A stretch of 64,000 nucleotides of DNA, taken from IMG/VR virus record IMGVR_UViG_641736227_000002, one strand, 5' to 3'. A program made the translations under genes and the position numbers. This DNA comes from a virus. Lineage: Duplodnaviria > Caudoviricetes. Positions within the stretch are counted from its first letter, which is position 1. The number at the start of each line of letters is the position of its first letter. Positions 57,151 through 64,000 of the stretch are shown here, piece by piece. The notes beneath the pieces are model-generated. The model was not told the origin of the DNA, did no database searches, and worked only from the letters and a program-made list of their open reading frames with translations.

Positions 57151-58011
57151 ATGAAAAAGAGACTGTTGTTTATTGTTGCTATATTTGCATTAGCAATCCT
57201 ATCTGGCGGGTGTTCAAAGGAAGTAAAAGAATACAACATTGATGATCTATTAAAAAATTATTCTAAGGTAGAAAAAAGTATCGAAAAAGAAACACAATAT
57301 TGGAGCGATGATGAAAAGAAAAGTACAAAATATGTAGATATTGTAGAAAAATACGCCAAAAAGAACGGTTTTGAACTAAATCAAAAAATTATTGTAAGAG
57401 GAAAACTAGAATCAATACTCGGAGGGTCTATTTTTTTAAAGGCAAATTCAGAAAAATCTGATTCGTTTATGTGTTCATTCGCCAAGTTTAAACTCCCTCC
57501 AAAAATAGCCTTGTTGGAACCTGGCGAAAATATTACAGTTGAGGGAACGCTTTTTAATTCAGGTACAGAAAAGGGGGAACCTTATGTATCTATTTATTTT
57601 GATGATTGCAAAATAAAATCACCATCGTTAAAAGAAATGGAGAGCATAGAGTTTAACGATAATATATCAGATATTATATCAACAGAATATTCGCAGCATA
57701 GAATCATGGGGACAGTATCATCTGTGATAAAAATTCCTGAAACCGTAGAAAAACGACAAGAAATGCTGGATAATTATAATTCTTCGGTCAATGGGGAATT
57801 TCAGTTTGTAAGTGCTTACCGATACGGAACACACTCTGTTAATTTTGAACTAGCAGATGGCAAGCATTTAATGTGTTTTGTGAATGAAAGAAACGGAACA
57901 CTTCCAGAGGAGGGGGATAAGGTAAGTTTAATTGGAGAACATTTTACATATGACGGATACGAATGTGTAGACGCAAACGAATCTCCAATTTATATTTTTA
58001 ATGACAAATAA
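57151..58011 (+). CDS. Lipoprotein with OB-fold-like repeats (possible superinfection exclusion)
   Basis: Signal peptide with LSGGC lipobox; lysogeny-module position. Confidence 0.7.
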   Translation: MKKRLLFIVAIFALAILSGGCSKEVKEYNIDDLLKNYSKVEKSIEKETQYWSDDEKKSTKYVDIVEKYAKKNGFELNQKIIVRGKLESILGGSIFLKANSEKSDSFMCSFAKFKLPPKIALLEPGENITVEGTLFNSGTEKGEPYVSIYFDDCKIKSPSLKEMESIEFNDNISDIISTEYSQHRIMGTVSSVIKIPETVEKRQEMLDNYNSSVNGEFQFVSAYRYGTHSVNFELADGKHLMCFVNERNGTLPEEGDKVSLIGEHFTYDGYECVDANESPIYIFNDK

Positions 58012-58023
58012 AACAGTTAATAG

Positions 58024-58052
58024 AAAAACCGCCCGGCTGCAACCGGACGGCA
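58024..58052 (+). repeat. 29-bp direct repeat copy 1 (hairpin)
   Basis: AAAAACCGCCCGGCTGCAACCGGACGGCA. Confidence 0.95.
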
Positions 58053-58082
58053 GAACCTATAAATTATATAAAAAGTGAATAC

Positions 58083-58188
58083 TTGACAAGACTCTTGGAT
58101 ATGATATAATGTAGCTAATTAGTGAATGACTGCTGGGCGGTCACAATAAAGGGTCTTGGAACTTCGGTTTTGAGACTCTTTTTGTTTT
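58083..58188 (+). ncRNA. Promoter + structured leader/terminator upstream of Abi gene (abiF-type RNA)
   Basis: TTGACA-16-TGnTATAAT; hairpin TGACTGC/GCGGTCA; 15-bp TTCG-loop terminator with T-tract. Confidence 0.7.
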
Positions 58189-58194
58189 GGGAGA

Positions 58195-59163
58195 ATGTAT
58201 ATGGAGAAAAAACCACAAGAATTTACAACCATTGAGCAACAGATAGAATTATTAAAATCAAGAAATCTAGTGTTCAAATCAGAGAAAAATGCAAAAATTA
58301 TTTTAGAATCTTATGGATATTATGAAATTATCAATGGCTACAAAGATTTTTATGTAGAAAAAACTAACTCTACAGAACGATACAGAGATGGTATTACATT
58401 TGAGCAAATTGCATCTCTTTATTCCCTAGACCATTCAATCAGAAACCAATTAATAGTTACTCTACTTGATTTGGAAAGTCATTTAAGGGCGGCAACTTCA
58501 TACGTGATAGCAGAATCATTTTCATCTACCCAGAGTGAATATTTGAAATTTTCTAATTATCAAAATCGTTCAACAAAATACAAACGATTTTCACTTGGTT
58601 CTATTCTTGACAAATTTAACAAGGTTGCTCATTCAAGCAAGGAGCCGATTAAATACCACATGGATACTTACGGGAATGTCCCTCCATGGGTTTTATTCAA
58701 AGGTATATATTTGAGTGACTTGGTGAATTTTATCAGATTACTGAAACCAAATGAAAAAGAAAAACTAATACATAAAATATATAGCATCCCGGTAGAATTA
58801 ATTGATACTCATTTAAAAAATTTTTTTACAGATACATTATTTATGTGTCTTGAATACAGAAATTTAGCTGCACATGGAGACAGAATATATAATCATATTC
58901 CAAAATCTATAATTCGTGTTACTTCTGATTCGGAAAAGGAATTAAGTGAATTGATACCAAATTTTAATCATATAAACAATTCCCATTCATTAGGAACATT
59001 AATATATGCACTATCTTTATTTAAAAAGCAAGAATATGTTCACTCATTACAACAAGTTATTGAAAAAGAAATTAAACGACACTGTTCTGCTTATCCTGAC
59101 GATTTAGAATACTTATTAGATTCTGTTGGTATAGCATCAATGGTGACTATAACAAGAATATAA
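58195..59163 (+). CDS. Abi_2 (AbiD/AbiF) HEPN ribonuclease
   Basis: TIEQQIELLKSRNL, GYY..INGYK, PPWV, RNLAAH (R-x4-H). Confidence 0.9.
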   Translation: MYMEKKPQEFTTIEQQIELLKSRNLVFKSEKNAKIILESYGYYEIINGYKDFYVEKTNSTERYRDGITFEQIASLYSLDHSIRNQLIVTLLDLESHLRAATSYVIAESFSSTQSEYLKFSNYQNRSTKYKRFSLGSILDKFNKVAHSSKEPIKYHMDTYGNVPPWVLFKGIYLSDLVNFIRLLKPNEKEKLIHKIYSIPVELIDTHLKNFFTDTLFMCLEYRNLAAHGDRIYNHIPKSIIRVTSDSEKELSELIPNFNHINNSHSLGTLIYALSLFKKQEYVHSLQQVIEKEIKRHCSAYPDDLEYLLDSVGIASMVTITRI

Positions 59164-59191
59164 AAAACCGCCCGGCTGCAACCGGACGGCA
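59163..59191 (+). repeat. 29-bp direct repeat copy 2
   Basis: Identical to 58024-58052. Confidence 0.95.
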
Positions 59192-59259
59192 ACTACATAA
59201 CTCCGAAGAGATACGCTAACTCGTAAATATTGTATCATCTTCGGGCAGCTGTCACAAGA

Positions 59260-59273
59260 AGAACATCAGTTCC
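59260..59273. promoter_or_regulatory. LexA box upstream of integrase
   Basis: AGAAC-ATCA-GTTCC. Confidence 0.55.
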
Positions 59274-59321
59274 TTGATGGCTGTTATTTTTGTACCCATT
59301 TTGTGTAAGGAGGATGATAGA

Positions 59322-60578
59322 ATGGCACTCACGACTTGCCCGGAATGCGCCGGGAAGGTATCTGACCGGGCGGAAACTTGCCCACACTGCGGATACCCTC
59401 TAAAGAAAACACCACGGAAAAAGCCGAAACCGAACCGCAGGCGTAAATTGCCGAACGGTTTTGGCAGCATAACAGAAATACGTCACACAGATCTGAAAAA
59501 TCCTTTTTACGCTAGAGCCAACTGCGGAAAAGACAGATACAATAGACCGATCCTAAAGCCTCTCAAGCCGGAGGCGTATTTTCCTACCTATGAGGATGCC
59601 ATGGAGGCTCTTATTAAGTATAACAAGGGCAAGGTGGACTTATCTAAGGATATGACCGTAGAGACCTTATACAGGCTCTGGTTTGCGGAATATGAGCAAG
59701 AGGTGGAGCCCGTAACTGCCAGAGGGGCAAAGAGTGCATTTTCTTACTGCCGGTCCATTTATAAGAAGTCTGTGCAATCTCTCCGTATTGTGGACATAAA
59801 GAATTGTATCGAAAATGGAATGGCAATAGAGACAAGAGGAAAAAACAAGGGAAATCCTAAAGAGGCATCTGCAAAAACAAAGATAAACATGAAATCTACG
59901 CTTTCTATGATGCTGGACTATGCAAAAGAAATGGAGATCGTAGACAGGAATTGTGCCAGGGAGTGTAATCTGTCCAAGCCGACTGTGAAAGATGCGGCGA
60001 AAGCAGAAAACCCACACTTCTCTTTCTCTGCTGCCGAACGCAAAACTCTTTGGCAAAATCGGGACAAGGAGAACGTGGACCTACTCATAATTTCTTGTTA
60101 TTCTGGTTGGCGGCCCAACGAATTATGTGAGCTTGCCTTAGAGGACATAGACCTTAACAATAACCGCATGAAAGGCGGCAGCAAGACAGACGCAGGAATA
60201 GACCGGTATGTCCCGATCCACCCAGGGATAAAACCGCTTCTTATTGCTAGGTACCAGCAGGCACAGGAACTTGGCAGCGACCGATTAATTAATGTGGTCT
60301 CTCGTGGTAAGATACGTCCGATTACATACGCAATCTATTCAACCCGGTTTCACAAAATTATTAATGATCTGGGCCTTGATAAAAAGCACCGTCCGCACGA
60401 TACCCGGGATACGTTCGCCACTGTTGCGAAAGAGGCAGACGTAGACGAATATGCCCTGAAATATATAATCGGGCACTCCATTACGGACATAACTGAGCGG
60501 ATCTACACGGACCGGAAACCGGAGTGGTATTATAAAGAGATGTGTAAAATTGTTGTCGACAAATACTCGACAAATTAA
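59322..60578 (+). CDS. Tyrosine integrase with N-terminal zinc ribbon
   Basis: CPECAG..CPHCG; LPNGFGSI; SGWRPNE; HDTR; IIGH; IY. Confidence 0.95.
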   Translation: MALTTCPECAGKVSDRAETCPHCGYPLKKTPRKKPKPNRRRKLPNGFGSITEIRHTDLKNPFYARANCGKDRYNRPILKPLKPEAYFPTYEDAMEALIKYNKGKVDLSKDMTVETLYRLWFAEYEQEVEPVTARGAKSAFSYCRSIYKKSVQSLRIVDIKNCIENGMAIETRGKNKGNPKEASAKTKINMKSTLSMMLDYAKEMEIVDRNCARECNLSKPTVKDAAKAENPHFSFSAAERKTLWQNRDKENVDLLIISCYSGWRPNELCELALEDIDLNNNRMKGGSKTDAGIDRYVPIHPGIKPLLIARYQQAQELGSDRLINVVSRGKIRPITYAIYSTRFHKIINDLGLDKKHRPHDTRDTFATVAKEADVDEYALKYIIGHSITDITERIYTDRKPEWYYKEMCKIVVDKYSTN

Positions 60579-60923
60579 CCACTTCGGACGGGTTTTTACC
60601 GCTATTAAAAAATGCAGAAACGACCATTTTAAGCCATTTCTGCGTACACATCTACATTAAAACGTTTTTGTTTATCCAACGCTTTTAAGCCATTTCTGAT
60701 TTTTATTATAGCCAGTTTTCCTGATAAAATCAACGTTTCCTTTGTTTAGTACCAACGATTTTAATTTTATTCGCTTCTCAGCGAAAACTATCTCTAATCC
60801 GCCATTTCACGCCGCTTATCAGGTTTTCTGCCTGTTCCGGGGTTGGGAAACTCAAACGGCCTCTCTGTACGTTTCATATCACTTCTCATACTCTTCGAAT
60901 GAACCTGCTTCCTGTGATAAGGT

Positions 60924-61291
60924 ATGAGTTATTTACCACTATTTCCGTCGCACTTTTGAAATGCGCTCCTCCAATAGTGGTAAATAACTTTCGAAAAGTG
61001 GCACCTTTGATTTCTAAGCAGCCTGCTCCAGCAGATATTATGTCCATTTTCTACACTATTGGAGTGAGGCATTCTAAGAGCCGCACGGAAATCGTGTGGA
61101 AAATGTCATGAGTTATTCACTACTATTTCCGTCGCGCTTTTGAAATGCGCTCCTCCAATAGTGGTAAATAACTTTCGAAAAGTGGCACCTTTGGTTTCTA
61201 AGCAGCCTGCTCCAGCAGATATTATGTCCATTTTCTACATGATTGGAGTGAGGCATTCTAAGAGCCGAACGGAAATCATGTGGAAAATGTC
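60924..61291. repeat. Tandem 2 x 184-bp palindromic (REP/REPIN-like) repeat
   Basis: Units 60924-61107 and 61108-61291, near-identical; internal 17-bp inverted repeat. Confidence 0.92.
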
Positions 61292-61297
61292 ATACTT

Positions 61298-61417
61298 ACA
61301 GGGCACACCGTATTTCATACCCTTCGGGTGGACGTGCTTCGCACGATAAGGTATACCCACAGGGCACACCGTATTTCAATACCCTTCGGGTGGACGTGCT
61401 TCGCACGATAAGGTATA
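61298..61417. repeat. Tandem 2 x ~61-bp repeat with GAA-loop mini-hairpins
   Basis: ACAGGGCACACCGTATTTCA(A)TACCCTTCGGGTGGACGTGCTTCGCACGATAAGGTATA twice. Confidence 0.92.
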
Positions 61418-61436
61418 ATGTTGTTCAGAAATTGAT

Positions 61437-62366
61437 TTGGAGGTATCAAAAGTGAAAAAACCAGCGTTAGTCATTCTTGCCGCCGGCATGGGCAGCCGAT
61501 ACGGCGGGCTGAAGCAGATGGATCCTATGGATGACCAGGGACATGCAATCATTGATTATTCTATTTATGATGCAAAACGGGCCGGCTTTGGAAAAGTCGT
61601 GTTTGTGATAAAAAAAGAGATTGAAAAAGATTTTAAGGAGACAGTGGGTTCCAGGATACCGGACGGAATGGAAGTCTGCTATGCTTTTCAGGAAGTAGAC
61701 AGCCTTCCTGCCGGCTTCTCTGTCCCGGAAGGCAGGGTAAAACCATGGGGTACTGCCCATGCGGTTCTCTGTGCCAAGCCATTTATTGCGGAACCATTTG
61801 CCGTTATCAATGCCGATGATTATTACGGCATACACGGTTATCAGGCTATGGCCCAGTTTCTTATGAAAGAATCTTCTTCCGCCAAAGCAAAATTTGCAAT
61901 GGTCGGATACCATCTTGGAAATACCGTGACAGACAGCGGATATGTCTCCAGAGGAATCTGTGAGGTAGATAAAAACCATCAGTTAGTCTCTATCACAGAG
62001 CGGACTCATATTGAAAAACGCGGGGATCATGCTGAGTTTACGGAAGATGACGGAAACTCATGGACATCCCTCCCGTTTGACACTCTCGTATCAATGAACT
62101 TTTTTGGCTTCCGCCCTATGATCATGGATGAATTGGAGACTGGTTTTTCAAAATTCCTCTCTGCTTCCCTAAAAGAAAACCCATTAAAATGTGAATACTT
62201 TATTCCAAGCGTGGCCAGCCAGCTGATGGAGGAAGGAAAAGCTACAATGGACGTTCTGGTCTCCAAAGACCAATGGTACGGTGTGACCTATAAGGAAGAT
62301 AAACAGCATGTCATGGATGCCCTTAAGACCATGAGATCTGAAGGGCTGTATCCGGAACATTTTTAA
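61437..62366 (+). CDS. Sugar-phosphate nucleotidyltransferase family protein
   Basis: ILAAGMGSRYGGLKQ, KPWGTAHA, INADDYYG. Confidence 0.9.
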   Translation: MEVSKVKKPALVILAAGMGSRYGGLKQMDPMDDQGHAIIDYSIYDAKRAGFGKVVFVIKKEIEKDFKETVGSRIPDGMEVCYAFQEVDSLPAGFSVPEGRVKPWGTAHAVLCAKPFIAEPFAVINADDYYGIHGYQAMAQFLMKESSSAKAKFAMVGYHLGNTVTDSGYVSRGICEVDKNHQLVSITERTHIEKRGDHAEFTEDDGNSWTSLPFDTLVSMNFFGFRPMIMDELETGFSKFLSASLKENPLKCEYFIPSVASQLMEEGKATMDVLVSKDQWYGVTYKEDKQHVMDALKTMRSEGLYPEHF

Positions 62367-62399
62367 AGAAAAATAGGACAAAATCATTCCTAAGCAACA

Positions 62400-62440
62400 A
62401 AAAAACTGCTGTACATTTGGATACGATGTACAGCAGTTTC
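62400..62440. terminator. Bidirectional terminator
   Basis: AAACTGCTGTACAT...ATGTACAGCAGTTT between convergent genes. Confidence 0.8.
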
Positions 62441-62444
62441 TCAC

Positions 62445-62858
62445 TTATTTTTTAATTTTGTATACTTTGACGTTGTTCTTACGTCCGAACTGTTTTACTT
62501 TTTTATGGGATTTAAAGTAAACATCAATGTGTTTTCCTTTTACTCCGCCGCCTACATCCTCGGCAACATAAGTTTTACCCTTAATTTTAACCTTGCTTCC
62601 CAGTTTGATCTTTCTCTTATCCACGGCAATCGTACGCCCCTGTTTGGCTCTTCTTCCCGTAGCAGTTTTGTTTCCATATCCTCCGCTGCATTTTCTGCAT
62701 CCGCAGTATGCTGTCAATTTATATTTTCCTAAGTACTGTACTTTTTTAGCTTTTGCCTCTGTGGATGATGAACCGGTGAACAGTGCACCCGTCACTACTG
62801 CTGCCATCATGGCAAGCAGTAAAAGTTTTTTCTTTGCTGCTATTTTTAAAAATTTCAT
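62445..62858 (-). CDS. Secreted 3D-domain protein
   Basis: Signal peptide; TAYC, TATG, IAVD, AEDVGG, HIDVY. Confidence 0.9.
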   Translation of the reverse strand: MKFLKIAAKKKLLLLAMMAAVVTGALFTGSSSTEAKAKKVQYLGKYKLTAYCGCRKCSGGYGNKTATGRRAKQGRTIAVDKRKIKLGSKVKIKGKTYVAEDVGGGVKGKHIDVYFKSHKKVKQFGRKNNVKVYKIKK

Positions 62859-63178
62859 AATGTCCTCTTTCTAAATCAAATCATTTCGGTTACTGTATAA
62901 CCTATGATAGTTTTTTAAAATTTATTCTTACTTTTTAAATATTTGAAATATTTTTGTAACAACTTAGTGCTAGTTTACTTAACATTTGACGATTTGTCAA
63001 CCGTTGTATTAAAAAAAGAACATGTTTTTACCAAATTTCCCCAATATAATATTACAAATTCATTACAAAAAAAGAGACAAATCCATCGGATTCATCTCTT
63101 TTTTCATTAATATTTTTCTTTATTTCATTCTAATCTGATAATACAAAAAATAATTCGACATTATGTGTACAACAAATT

Positions 63179-64000
63179 TTACAGAGTTTCGATCACTCCG
63201 TCCAAATAAAGTTCCTCTACATCTTCAATCAAACCTTCATCACATGCCTTTGTAAGTTTCGGATCAATCGGAAGTTTTCCTAATACTGGGATCTGATACT
63301 TTTCGGCAATTCCGTCGATATGACTCTCTCCAAAAATAGAAATCTCTTTTCCGCAGTCAGGACATTTGATGTAACTCATATTTTCCACGATTCCGAGGAT
63401 TGGAATGTTCATCATCTTAGCCATATTGACCGCTTTTTCAACGATCATTCCAACCAAATCCTGAGGGGTAGCTACCACAACGATCCCATCCAGAGGCACG
63501 GACTGGAATACTGTCAGAGGCACTTCCCCTGTTCCCGGCGGCATATCCACAAACATCACGTCGATGTCACGCCATAATGTCCTGCCCCAAAACTGCTTGA
63601 CCACATCGGCCACTACCGGACCTCTCCAAATCACCGGCTGAGTCTCCTCTTCCAGCATCAGGTTGACTGACACCACCTCGATACCCAAGTTTGTGAGCGC
63701 AGGCAGAATAATCCCTTCCTGATTGCCCAAAAGTCTTTCATGCAGACCAAAAGCCTGGGGAATCGACGGTCCTGTCACGTCTCCATCCAGAATACCTGTG
63801 TGCAGGCCTTTTCTGTTTGCCGCCACCGCAAGCAGGGCTGTGGTCAAAGATTTCCCCACACCTCCCTTGCCGCTCACTACTCCGATCACCTTTTTTACAC
63901 TGCTGTCTTTATATAATGGTTCCATAAAATCTGTCTGTGACTGCGTTCTGTCAGAACAGCTTTCCCCGCAGCTGCTGCAGTCGTGAGTACACTCACTCAT
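63179..64000 (-). CDS. mrp: Mrp/NBP35 (ApbC) Fe-S carrier ATPase
   Basis: SGKGGVGKS, WRGP, DMPPGTG, ENMS..CPDC. Confidence 0.93.
   Translation of the reverse strand: MSECTHDCSSCGESCSDRTQSQTDFMEPLYKDSSVKKVIGVVSGKGGVGKSLTTALLAVAANRKGLHTGILDGDVTGPSIPQAFGLHERLLGNQEGIILPALTNLGIEVVSVNLMLEEETQPVIWRGPVVADVVKQFWGRTLWRDIDVMFVDMPPGTGEVPLTVFQSVPLDGIVVVATPQDLVGMIVEKAVNMAKMMNIPILGIVENMSYIKCPDCGKEISIFGESHIDGIAEKYQIPVLGKLPIDPKLTKACDEGLIEDVEELYLDGVIETL

Larger units (their letters stand above)
33521..60700. mobile_element. Prophage B (SPP1/A118-like siphovirus), interrupted in its tail module
   Basis: Tail tube, capsid, scaffold, MuF, SPP1-type portal, PBSX-type TerL, replication, Cro/CI and tyrosine integrase in canonical order. 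Host genes follow after ~61.4 kb. Confidence 0.92.

Noticed and set aside
60742-61349. Short ORFs in the repeat region
   Set aside because: By-products of the tandem repeats; no RBS or recognisable domain
60924-61417. CRISPR array
   Set aside because: Repeats are 61 and 184 bp, contiguous, with no unique spacers and no cas genes

Overview
Firmicutes (Lachnospiraceae/Clostridia-like) DNA holding two prophages, apparently one nested in the other, then about 3 kb of host DNA. Element A (1 to ~33520, nearly all on the minus strand, running off the left edge) is an HK97-type cos phage. It carries tail and head genes, terminase, a methylation block (C5 MTase with a nested out-of-frame partner ORF, ParB-N6/N4 MTase, short MetK), a PolA/P4-primase/SNF2 replication module, its own sigma-like factor, and a terminal low-GC LlaJI/McrBC-like restriction-modification island. 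Its right end runs directly into, and truncates, the tail-chaperone gene of element B. Element B (~33521-60700) is an SPP1/A118-like pac prophage with tail, head, terminase, late-activator, replication/recombination, Cro/CI and tyrosine-integrase modules. B carries several accessory systems: (1) a MuF minor capsid with a colicin-D-like toxin tip plus an immunity-type gene; (2) a macrodomain gene; (3) a late non-coding RNA cluster (tRNA-Ser, a tRNA-like element, and an unrecognised kissing-loop RNA); (4) an AbiF/HEPN gene with an upstream RNA leader, flanked by 29-bp direct repeats; (5) LexA-box-controlled genes; (6) a recurring promoter-plus-hairpin element marking accessory-gene junctions. 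Both tail modules show programmed frameshift signals. The host flank has REP-like tandem palindromic repeats, a nucleotidyltransferase, a 3D-domain protein and Mrp/ApbC. All family calls come from motif recognition by eye; no searches were run.
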